64,000 bases of DNA. It comes from an uncultured bacterium. Lineage in GTDB: Bacteria > Fidelibacterota > Marinisomatia > Marinisomatales > UBA1611. The position numbers and the translations under genes are program-made. The stretch lies in assembly GCA_943788175.1 (NCBI GenBank), contig CALSPG010000006.1, positions 256,316 through 320,315 on the forward strand, read 5' to 3'. The notes below the pieces were generated by a model. That model did not search any database and was not told where the DNA came from. It saw nothing but the letters and a program-made list of their open reading frames with translations. Below, piece after piece: positions 52,797 through 61,800 of the stretch; position 1 is the first letter of the stretch; each line of letters starts with the position of its first letter.

Positions 52797-55179
52797 TTAT
52801 ACTTATTTCTTCATGATCCTTCAATGAGTCTTTCAAATTATCAATTAACGATTCAGTTTCAAGCTTACGTTTATTAAGCTCGTTATTGTTTTCAGTATTA
52901 CCAAAATCATTTTCAATTTTTTGATTATCTAATAATTTTGAATCATCTTTTAATAGAACAATTGAGTGCTCAACTTCTTTTATAATTTTTTTATTCTGAT
53001 CTTTTTCTTTTGTTAATGTTTGGATTTTCTTATTTATAATTTTTCTTTCATAATCATACTTTTTCTTATCTTTTTGGAATCCATTTTTTTTCTTATTTAT
53101 ATTTATTAATTCATCTTTACATACATTTAGATGATTTTTATTTTTCAAATATGAAAGATAATTTAATCTTGTCTTATTTAAGCTTAATCTCAGATTATCT
53201 AATTTTTCAGGTAACGTTAATAATAGAGTTGAAATATCAAATACTATTTTTGATTCTTTTATAATTCCCTCTACTTCAATAAAACTATTATTGTTTTCGT
53301 CTACAATTTTGTTTTTAAGAAAATCGACATGATTCGTTTTAAGTTGCGAAATCGACCAATTAAATGTTTTTACATATCCATCTAGGATTATTTCAAGTGA
53401 TCTGTCTTCATTATTTTTATTAATTGCATTTACATTGAACTTTATTTTAAAAGTATCATTTTCAAATAACCGTATAGATTTTAAAATGACATAATGAAAT
53501 TCTATTAACCTTTTAAAAGCGTCAATTTCATACGTGAGAGAAAGAACAATCTTATCATTTTTTTCAATTTCATATTTCAATCCATCAGATTTAGAAGCCT
53601 CTTTTCCAATTTCTTTATCGTATATTTTTTTTGATTTTTCAAAAAATTCTAAATCTTTATATAAATCTTCTTTTAAAAATCTAACATTATTTTCTATAGC
53701 CTCTTTTTGTATTTTTTTGTTTTCTAAAATCTGAGTTTCATTCTTTAAATCTTTTGAAGTGTTATTATATTTAATTTTATGGATTTCATTTTTTATGTTT
53801 TCTAATAAATCAGAGTATTCAAAAATCTTATTTTTATAATTATTAATAATTCGTTTCTTACTTTGATTAATAGAATCAATCTCAGAATGTAGTTTTCTTT
53901 CATTCTGAATCATTTTAGACTCTCTTGATTTTATTTTTTTTAATTCTAAGAGATCTGGCTTATATGATTTAAGCAGTGTTTTTTTTAGCTTCCCACTATT
54001 GTGCATTTCGCCTTTTATAGATATTATTTTATCATCAATATCTTTTTTCCTGTCTTCGAGGTCTAACAATTCAGTTTCTAAACTTTTGTTTAAGAGTTCG
54101 TTATTAGTAATAACCTTTTTTGATATAGGTCCAAATAATTTAGATTGATGTAAAATATTATTTAACTCGTTATCATATGAAACAGTTTGAACAGCGAGCA
54201 ACTCTATCGCTTTTTCATTTTGTATAATTTTTTCATCTAAAAACAAAATTTTAGATTTTAGACTAGAGATTTCTTCGTTTATATTTTTCTTTTGAATTTT
54301 TAAACTGGAAACTTCATTTTTAAAATTAAATTTTTCATAAGTTTTCAAGATTGAGTCGTCATCATAAATATTTTTTATATAGGATTCTACTTGGTCTTTT
54401 TTATTTGATTGAATGAGAAGTTCTTTTTCAACCTTTTCAATTTTTTTCAATAAATCATTTAATGTATTGTTTCTCTTATTTTTTTCATCATTGTAATTTT
54501 TATTAATTATTGAAATTTTATCTTTAGAAGAAATAACGCTATTTTTATAATTACTTATTCGCTTAGAAAAACTTTCATTCTCTTGTAATAATTTTTTCTG
54601 GTTGTCGTAGATTTTTTCGTTATCATCATAGAGTGATATTTGAGTAATGATTAAATCTATTTTTTCTTTAACTATGCTAATTTCGTTTTTTGTCTTAATA
54701 ATATATTTATTCAATTTGCGTATTTTATTATCGGTCTCATATTTTTGTATTATTATATCATTATTAGAACCACTGCCCACAATTTTTCTAGCCATAGCCT
54801 TTACATAATCAAACTTAGTGGTCTTATATTTTATTTGATTTAACGTCTTTAATGGCAAATCTTTAAAGTTTACATGATCTACAATTTTTACTTTTTTATT
54901 TCCACCTGCAATAGTGGATGGATAATCAACTAGCCTATATTTTTTTTGAACGATTCCTTTTATTTCTTCTTTTTCTGAAACAACAAGAATCTCAAAAGCC
55001 ACCAACTTTTTCAAATGGTAATAAATTTTTTCTTTTGGGAATGATATCCTTTCTGAAATTTCAGATGCAGTCAAAGAATTTTTACCAATGCATGATATTA
55101 TTTTTTTAGGTACAGGCTTTGAAACTGCCTTAATTACGCTTTGGTCAGATAGGTTAGATATAAGGTCTTTAAAACTCAT
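52786..55179 (-). CDS. Winged-helix (ArsR-like) DNA-binding domain fused to a ~700-aa coiled-coil protein
   Basis: 797 aa. Residues ~20-85 (PKKIISCIGKNSLTASEISERISFPKEKIYYHLKKLVAFEILVVSEKEEIKGIVQKKYRL) fit the ArsR/wHTH pattern. The remainder is coiled-coil-like except for a non-repetitive insert at about aa 560-680. Confidence 0.6.
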   Translation of the reverse strand: MSFKDLISNLSDQSVIKAVSKPVPKKIISCIGKNSLTASEISERISFPKEKIYYHLKKLVAFEILVVSEKEEIKGIVQKKYRLVDYPSTIAGGNKKVKIVDHVNFKDLPLKTLNQIKYKTTKFDYVKAMARKIVGSGSNNDIIIQKYETDNKIRKLNKYIIKTKNEISIVKEKIDLIITQISLYDDNEKIYDNQKKLLQENESFSKRISNYKNSVISSKDKISIINKNYNDEKNKRNNTLNDLLKKIEKVEKELLIQSNKKDQVESYIKNIYDDDSILKTYEKFNFKNEVSSLKIQKKNINEEISSLKSKILFLDEKIIQNEKAIELLAVQTVSYDNELNNILHQSKLFGPISKKVITNNELLNKSLETELLDLEDRKKDIDDKIISIKGEMHNSGKLKKTLLKSYKPDLLELKKIKSRESKMIQNERKLHSEIDSINQSKKRIINNYKNKIFEYSDLLENIKNEIHKIKYNNTSKDLKNETQILENKKIQKEAIENNVRFLKEDLYKDLEFFEKSKKIYDKEIGKEASKSDGLKYEIEKNDKIVLSLTYEIDAFKRLIEFHYVILKSIRLFENDTFKIKFNVNAINKNNEDRSLEIILDGYVKTFNWSISQLKTNHVDFLKNKIVDENNNSFIEVEGIIKESKIVFDISTLLLTLPEKLDNLRLSLNKTRLNYLSYLKNKNHLNVCKDELININKKKNGFQKDKKKYDYERKIINKKIQTLTKEKDQNKKIIKEVEHSIVLLKDDSKLLDNQKIENDFGNTENNNELNKRKLETESLIDNLKDSLKDHEEISIRIR

Positions 55180-55412
55180 TATTAGTCGTTTGTATTTTAT
55201 TTTTTGTTATTTCTACAACATTAAAATAAAATAAACTAATTATAGAATATTAAACGTCTATAATTATAGTAAAATAATTTAGCTAAAAAAAAATATCTTC
55301 ACAATGAGTATACAATTTTATAACATTGTAAAAATATTAGATCTTATATTATTTAAAATTAAAAAAAATTTACTTTTAACTTTTGCTCGAAATTGTTTTT
55401 AAGACTTATTCT

Positions 55413-55435
55413 AAAAAAAATTACAGGCCCTGTAA
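55413..55435 (-). terminator. Rho-independent terminator of the 607-aa gene
   Basis: Minus strand: ttacagg-g-cctgtaa followed by T8 (plus-strand A8 at 55413-55420). It lies 47 nt after the stop at 55482. Confidence 0.55.
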
Positions 55436-55481
55436 AAATATAATACGATACACTTGACTTTAATAGATTTACAAAGCCCTA

Positions 55482-57305
55482 CTATTTCATTAGTAGCATT
55501 TTATTAATTCTACGATTATCACTCGCTCTTATCTCTGCAAAATAAACACCCGATGATACTTGCTTCCCAAAATTATCCTGACCGTTCCATGAAATTGAAT
55601 ACTTTCCAAAGGACTGTTCTTTTTCCAAGAGTGTTACTACTTCTTTACCCAACATGTTATATACCTTTACACTTACTAATGATCTTTTTGGAAGTGTATA
55701 ATACATCTTTGTAATTGGATTAAAAGGATTCGGAAAGTTTTTATCTAAAACAAACTCAGATGGTATAATCGTTAAAAGTTCTAATATTTTTGTTTGTACA
55801 TAACTAGGTTCACCAATTATAACTTTAAGCTCATATCCAAGATTATTGTTTTTGTTAATTACTATGAATTCTTCAAGTATATTTTCATAGACATGTCTAC
55901 TTTGGACATCTAATACTGATATTACTACCCTTTCTGGAAGTGACATAATCTCATTTAATGAAAAATTAATATCACCGGAATTTGACTTTGACTTGATTGA
56001 AATATTCCAAACTCCATTTTGCGTATTAGTTGATCTTAAATCTTTTGAAAATTCATATGAATTTCCATCATTATGTGATAAGGCAACAGATAGACCATTT
56101 TCAATTTTTGGTAATTCAGGAAAATCCGAGTTGTCTATTTCATCTAACGACTCGTTTCTTCTTCCAATCATTACTGAATGATCAACATTAAGTTTTGTCT
56201 CAGCATTTATTAAAATAAGCCATTCATCTTCATTAGACTTCCTTGAAATATTTCTCTGAATATCATCTTCATTGAAAGGAATTAAGTTAATCGAAGCATC
56301 TTCGGAATCAGTATAAATGGCATAACCAGCCCAAGGGTTCATTATATTTTCTTTTAATACCCAACCATCTCTATCTAAGCTGTCACCAAAAAAATACAAA
56401 TCAGATACAATACTTAAATCTGATTCAACATTAACAGGAAAAGCAAATGGACTCCCAATCATATTCCAACCTTTTTTCAGATTAATTTTATATTTTTGTA
56501 ATGGAACTGCAGTTCCAGAATCTGAACTAAAAGGAACAGCCTTGTCATAATTATGTTTAAACCAATAAGCATTCCCAGGCTCAACTGATTCTGGTAAAAG
56601 CCATTTGCTTTCTACATTATCCCAAGCATAAAAGACATGCCCCTCATCCTTTGGGTTTTTAATAAGTGAGTCACTAACGTTTCCAGGGAATGATATCATT
56701 CTCCATTTATTTGAAACTACACCATTAGGGTATTCACTATTTTCAATTTTAGTATTTAATTCATTAGCTCCATATTTTATTGACGGATAAAACAAAGGAC
56801 TGTTTCCTTCATTTTCTAAATTGTCGATACCTTTTACATATGCTCTAAAATTATTCACTGTAACTAAAGAGTCATGTATACTAACCTCATAAAGTGAATC
56901 ATTCAACGCAACCATAGGTAAAATTATTTCTTCAAGTGTCCCTCCCTTCTGCAAATGAAGATTCGCCGTAGCAATACCATTTAGATCTTTGACAACACCA
57001 ATTACATTAATTGGAAAACCGCTATTAAAAGTATTGTCTTGTATAGAAAAATAAACTTCAGGAGGAATCGTATTTACAGTTTGAATAACACCAATCATAC
57101 CCTGAGAAACTGAAAAAGAATCAGAAGAAGTAGGGAAAGAAGTTTGGCTTGTCGTCGTAGAACTCATACTATACTGACCAGAACTTGAAACAGCTTGCCC
57201 ACCAGTAATTTGAGAACTAGTAATTTTATAGCCTTGTCCGTAGAGAATTCCTGACAAAATAAAAACTGTAGATATAATTATGTTTATCATATTATTTAAT
57301 TTCAT
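55482..57305 (-). CDS. Secreted hypothetical protein with a T9SS C-terminal sorting domain
   Basis: 607 aa. Has a signal peptide (IIISTVFILSGILYGQG) and a Ser/Thr-rich linker. CTD: FPNPFNPITKMYYTLP...SGVYFAEI...KMLLMK. It starts 13 nt after the fibre gene stop. Confidence 0.7.
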   Translation of the reverse strand: MKLNNMINIIISTVFILSGILYGQGYKITSSQITGGQAVSSSGQYSMSSTTTSQTSFPTSSDSFSVSQGMIGVIQTVNTIPPEVYFSIQDNTFNSGFPINVIGVVKDLNGIATANLHLQKGGTLEEIILPMVALNDSLYEVSIHDSLVTVNNFRAYVKGIDNLENEGNSPLFYPSIKYGANELNTKIENSEYPNGVVSNKWRMISFPGNVSDSLIKNPKDEGHVFYAWDNVESKWLLPESVEPGNAYWFKHNYDKAVPFSSDSGTAVPLQKYKINLKKGWNMIGSPFAFPVNVESDLSIVSDLYFFGDSLDRDGWVLKENIMNPWAGYAIYTDSEDASINLIPFNEDDIQRNISRKSNEDEWLILINAETKLNVDHSVMIGRRNESLDEIDNSDFPELPKIENGLSVALSHNDGNSYEFSKDLRSTNTQNGVWNISIKSKSNSGDINFSLNEIMSLPERVVISVLDVQSRHVYENILEEFIVINKNNNLGYELKVIIGEPSYVQTKILELLTIIPSEFVLDKNFPNPFNPITKMYYTLPKRSLVSVKVYNMLGKEVVTLLEKEQSFGKYSISWNGQDNFGKQVSSGVYFAEIRASDNRRINKMLLMK

Positions 57306-57317
57306 ATAATAGCCTTA

Positions 57318-60300
57318 TTATAAAGAAGTATCACCAGATATAACAAAAACATCACTGCCTAGATGGACTAAAGTCATGATAGCATATTGGCCTGATGTTT
57401 TTTTACCGTTTTTATTATTTAGTGTTGCACTACTTGATGCAGTTAAACTTACTTGACCGGCCCCGCTCTGGATAATCATGCAATTAAAACCAGTAGGAAG
57501 GTTATCGGGTATAGTGATAGAAATTGCACTACCATTTGAACAATTAATGATTGTTCCATTATCTGAAGCTGATAAATCCTTTGATGTTCCAGATTCAGTT
57601 TGAACATCTGCTCCGAAACCCGTTAAAGGACTATCGTTTAAATCGATTTTTCCTGTTCCATGAGGATCTATATCTATATTATTGTCTGATCCATCTCGTA
57701 TTATAATTGAACCAGTGTTAGAAGACCCTGTTTGCAATGTTAAATCTTTATTCCCATTTGATTTAATCGTAGGATCAGTACTACCATTTCCAACAACAAG
57801 CGTAGTTGAAGACATATCAATTTGAGTATCTGTTGAGTTAACTATAGTCTCATTATTCTCTAAACTAATACCAGCAGCATGAACTGTTGCTCCTTTATCC
57901 TGAGCCATATAAACTGCAGTAACATTTGCATCACCAAGTGTTACAGAATTATCTGCTTGCCCAGATGCACCATAACCAATGACTATCTGGTTTGTACCTG
58001 CTGCAGCTGAAGCGGCTGTACTTGCCCCAAGTAACGTATTTTTATTCCCAGTTGTAAGATCATTGGTTCCTGTATTCCCGGCATTATAACCTAATGCGGT
58101 GTTATAACCATCTGTGTCAGCTGTTCGATTAGCGTCATAAAGAGCCTCTGCTCCAATTGCAGTATTATAGTTTGCTGCAGTATTCGAATAAAGACTACTA
58201 TTTCCTGCCGAAGTATTGGATGAACCTGTACTATTTGATTTTGATGAACTAGATCCAATACCAACATTATTACTACCTTCAGAATTTTGTGTTAATGCAA
58301 CGTATCCTAAAGCAACATTCTTATCCCCAATTGTATTATTATCTAGAGTATAACTCCCAACAGCGGTATTGAATGCACCATCTGTTGTTTGGATTGCAAG
58401 AGCATTATATCCCATAGCCAAGTTCTGACTAGCTGTAGTATTTGCAGCTAAAGTATTATATCCAATAGCAACATTACCTTCTCCCGTAGTGTTGGCGGTT
58501 AATGCATTATATCCAACAGCAGTGTTCCCATCTCCAGTTGTAACCGCATCAAGCGCTGTCAGACCAACACCAGTATTATTATCAGCAGCATCTAAAGTAC
58601 CAGTATTTTGATGACCGACAATTATGGAACCTGTAAAATTTGTGCCTCCAGATTTGGAGTCTGATAATACATCTAAGCTTGAATTAGAAGCAATATATGT
58701 TCCTAAATCCGATACCGCAACTTGAACCATCGTTCCATTATCATTTAAGACTAACCTATCGGCATCAACAATAGTTGTTGATGAAGCGGATGTACCACCA
58801 TCTAAAAGATTTAACTCCGCTGTTGTCGAAGTAACCCCATCAAGAATGTTCAACTCTGATGCCGTAGAGGTAACTGATAAATCAGATAAAGCACTTACTG
58901 AACCAACTCCTTTTGCATTCAACTGCGTCTGGATATTGGAAGTAACGCCATCAACATAGTTAAGTTCTGCGGTAGTTGAAGTAACGCCATCTAGAAGATT
59001 TAACTCCGCTGCTGTCGAAGTAACCCCATCAAGAATGTTCAACTCTGATGCCGTAGAGGTAACTGATAAATCAGATAAAGCACTTACTGAACCAACTCCT
59101 TTTGCATTCAACTGCGTCTGGATATTGGAAGTAACGCCATCAACATAGTTTAATTCTGCTGCTGTCGCAGAGATTGTCGTACCATTTAAATCAAGACCGT
59201 CTACATAAGCAATCCCATCCAAATAAAGATCTTTGAACTCAATCGAGCTACTACCCAAGTCAACTTCATTATCATCTGATGCTAACCAATGAGTAATGTC
59301 TCCATTACCTATCGTTACTGTATTATTACCTTTACCTGATGCACCATAACCAATCACTGTCTGATTAGTTCCTGCGGCTGCTGAGGCTGCTGTTGAAGAG
59401 CCTAAAAGAGTGTTTTTATTACCCGTAGTAATATCATTAGTTCCTGTATTACCCGAATTATAACCCAATGCAACATTATAACCATCAGTGTCTGCTGTTC
59501 GATTAGCATCCTCTAAAGCATAGGTACCAACGGCCAAATTATATTGACTAGTCGTTGTAGAGTACAATGCTTTTCTACCAATTGCTACGTTCAAGTCTCC
59601 ACTAGTGTTGCTATTCAAAGCTCTATGCCCCAGGCCAATATTCGAATTTCCATCAATGTTTAGCCCCAATGATGAATTTCCTACGGCAACATTAAAACTT
59701 CCCGTGGTATTCACATACAAACTTTGATATCCTGAACTAGTATTATAATTACCATCTGTATTACTATTCATTGCATCTTTACCAATAGCAGTATTCCTAT
59801 CACCAGAGGTTATTGATTCAAGAGATCCAATACCTAGCCCAATATTTTCATCTGCATTATTAAGTGTCCCGGTAGTTTGGTGTCCTAAAATCATTGAATT
59901 AGAAAAATTACTTCCACCTGATTTAGCATCAGTAAGATCATCAAATTCTGCTGTAGAAGATTTTGAGTCTAATTGAGCTTGTATGTTTGATGTAACTCCA
60001 TCTACATAGTTTAATTCTGCAGTTGTAGAGGTAACGCCATCAATTAAATTTAACTCAGTCGTCGTCGCTGTCACTCCATCCAAAAGATTCAACTCCGTTG
60101 TCGTCGAAGTAACTCCATCAAGAATATTCAATTCTGTTGCCGTTGATGTGATAGCATCTATAAGCGAAGCTTGATCTGTTGTAATCCCTGTCTTCGCCGT
60201 GTTTGCTGCAACAGCAGAATTTGCCGCTACTAAATCATCTGTGTAACCAACCTTGGCGGTATTTGCTGTGATCGCAGAAGCTTGATCTGTTGTAATTCCA

Positions 60301-60545
60301 GTCTTTGCCGTGTTCGCTGCAACAGCAGAATTTGCCGCTACTAAATCATCTGTGTAACCAACCTTGGCGGTATTTGCTGTGATCGCAGAAGCTTGAGATG
60401 TTGTAATCCCTGTCTTTGCATCCAACTGCGTCTGAATATTAGAAGTAACACCATCTACATAATTTAATTCTGCCGTCGTCGCTGTCACTCCATCCAAAAG
60501 ATTCAACTCCGCTGTCGTTGAAGTAACTCCATCGAGAATATTCAA
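57318..60545 (-). CDS. Phage-tail-fibre-like / Hep_Hag-like repeat protein (intact 3' 1075 codons of a larger gene)
   Basis: Contains 11-aa ELNxLDGVTxT repeats and AELNYVDGVTSNIQTQLDAK. Two ~330-aa modules carry xNTAxGxxAL beta-roll-type repeats (NTAIGKDAMNSNT.., NTAVGYNALTANTTGEGNVAIGYNTL..). Also DADRLVLNDNGTMVQVAVSDLGTYI and a globular C-terminus. There is no T9SS CTD. The annotated Met lies inside a repeat unit, and the sequence homology continues upstream. Confidence 0.7.
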   Translation of the reverse strand: MNILDGVTSTTAELNLLDGVTATTAELNYVDGVTSNIQTQLDAKTGITTSQASAITANTAKVGYTDDLVAANSAVAANTAKTGITTDQASAITANTAKVGYTDDLVAANSAVAANTAKTGITTDQASLIDAITSTATELNILDGVTSTTTELNLLDGVTATTTELNLIDGVTSTTAELNYVDGVTSNIQAQLDSKSSTAEFDDLTDAKSGGSNFSNSMILGHQTTGTLNNADENIGLGIGSLESITSGDRNTAIGKDAMNSNTDGNYNTSSGYQSLYVNTTGSFNVAVGNSSLGLNIDGNSNIGLGHRALNSNTSGDLNVAIGRKALYSTTTSQYNLAVGTYALEDANRTADTDGYNVALGYNSGNTGTNDITTGNKNTLLGSSTAASAAAGTNQTVIGYGASGKGNNTVTIGNGDITHWLASDDNEVDLGSSSIEFKDLYLDGIAYVDGLDLNGTTISATAAELNYVDGVTSNIQTQLNAKGVGSVSALSDLSVTSTASELNILDGVTSTAAELNLLDGVTSTTAELNYVDGVTSNIQTQLNAKGVGSVSALSDLSVTSTASELNILDGVTSTTAELNLLDGGTSASSTTIVDADRLVLNDNGTMVQVAVSDLGTYIASNSSLDVLSDSKSGGTNFTGSIIVGHQNTGTLDAADNNTGVGLTALDAVTTGDGNTAVGYNALTANTTGEGNVAIGYNTLAANTTASQNLAMGYNALAIQTTDGAFNTAVGSYTLDNNTIGDKNVALGYVALTQNSEGSNNVGIGSSSSKSNSTGSSNTSAGNSSLYSNTAANYNTAIGAEALYDANRTADTDGYNTALGYNAGNTGTNDLTTGNKNTLLGASTAASAAAGTNQIVIGYGASGQADNSVTLGDANVTAVYMAQDKGATVHAAGISLENNETIVNSTDTQIDMSSTTLVVGNGSTDPTIKSNGNKDLTLQTGSSNTGSIIIRDGSDNNIDIDPHGTGKIDLNDSPLTGFGADVQTESGTSKDLSASDNGTIINCSNGSAISITIPDNLPTGFNCMIIQSGAGQVSLTASSSATLNNKNGKKTSGQYAIMTLVHLGSDVFVISGDTSL
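58800..59180. repeat. Two near-identical 189-bp (63-aa) tandem units within the fibre ORF
   Basis: caagaatgttcaactctgatgccgtagagg occurs at 58841 and 59030. About 130 nt are identical between the copies. They encode ...NAKGVGSVSALSDLSVTSTASELNILDGVTST... Confidence 0.85.
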
Positions 60546-61800
60546 TTCTGTTGCCGTTGATGTGATAGCATCTATAAGCGAAGCTTGATCTGTTGTAATC
60601 CCGTCTTTGCCGTGTTTGCTGCAACAGCAGAATTTGCCGCTACTAAATCATCTGTGTAACCAACCTTGGCGGTATTTGCTGTAATCGCAGAAGCTTGAGA
60701 TGTTGTAATTCCAGTCTTTGCCGTGTTCGCTGCAACAGCAGAATTTGCCGCTACTAAATCATCTGTGTAACCAATCCTTGGCGGTATTTGCTGTGATCGC
60801 AGAAGCTTGATCTGTTGTAATTCCAGTCTTTGCCGTGTTCGCTGCAACAGCAGAATTTGCCGCTACTAAATCATCTGTGTAACCAACCTTGGCGGTATTT
60901 GCTGTGATCGCAGAAGCTTGATCTGTTGTAATTCCTGTCTTTGCCGTGTTCGCTGCAACAGCAGAATTTGCCGCTACTAAATCATCTGTGTAACCAACTC
61001 TTGGCGGTATTTGCTGTGATCGCAGAAGCTTGATCTGTTGTAATCCCAGTCTTTGCCGTGTTCGCTGCAACAGCAGAATTTGCCGCTACTAAATCATCTG
61101 TGTAACCAACCTTGGCGGTATTTGCTGTGATCGCAGAAGCTTGATCTGTTGTAATCCCTGTCTTCGCTGTATTCGCTGTAATTGCTGAAGCTTGAGATGT
61201 TGTGATTCCTGTCTTTGCCGTATTCGCTGCAACAGCAGAGTTTGCTGCTACTAGATCATCTGTATAACCAACCTTGGCGGTATTTGCTGTGATCGCAGAA
61301 GCTTGATCTGTTGTAATCCCTGTCTTTGCTGTATTCGCTGTAATTGCTGAAGCTTGAGATGTTGTGATTCCTGTCTTTGCCGTATTCGCTGCAACAGCAG
61401 AGTTTGCTGCTACTAGATCATCTGTATAACCAACCTTGGCGGTATTTGCTGTAATCGCAGAAGCTTGAGATGTTGTGATTCCTGTCTTTGCCGTATTCGC
61501 TGCAACAGCAGAGTTTGCTGCTACTAGATCATCTGTATAACAACCTTGCAGTATTTGCTGTATCGCAGAACTTGATCTGTTGTAATTCCTGTCTTCGCCG
61601 TGTTTGCTGCAACAGCAGAATTTGCCGCTACTAAATCATCTGTGTAACCAACCTTGGCGGTATTTGCTGTAATCTGCAGAAGCTTGATCTGTTGTAATTC
61701 CAGTCTTTGCCGTGTTCGCTGCAACAGCAGAATTTGCCGCTACTAAATCATCTGTGTAACCAACCTTGGCGGTATTTGCTGTGATCGCAGAAGCTTGATC
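60150..61800. repeat. Coding tandem array of ~111-bp units (37 aa: TGITTDQASAITANTAK-VGYTDDLVAANSAVAANTAK), about 14 copies in two sequence subfamilies
   Basis: The period is seen directly: ccttggcggtatttgctgt recurs at 60251 and 60362 (111 bp apart). It then recurs repeatedly to about 61760. Some units lack the 20-aa half (51-bp units). Confidence 0.85.

Noticed and set aside
49391-55179. The coiled-coil proteins as SMC/RecN/SbcC-type ATPases or a defence-system component
   Set aside because: No Walker A (GxxGxGK[ST]), Walker B, signature or hinge motif is visible in any frame, and no nuclease or other effector gene is adjacent. They are left as unclassified coiled-coil proteins.
55421-55435. 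The perfect palindrome TTACAGG-C-CCTGTAA as an operator for the wHTH protein
   Set aside because: On the minus strand it is followed directly by T8, and it lies 47 nt after the stop of the upstream gene. A terminator is the simpler reading, although a dual role cannot be excluded.
60150-61800. The regular 111-bp repeats as a CRISPR array
   Set aside because: The units are contiguous, with no unique spacers. They are in phase with a 37-aa protein repeat and continuous with the flanking coding sequence. No cas genes or leader are present.
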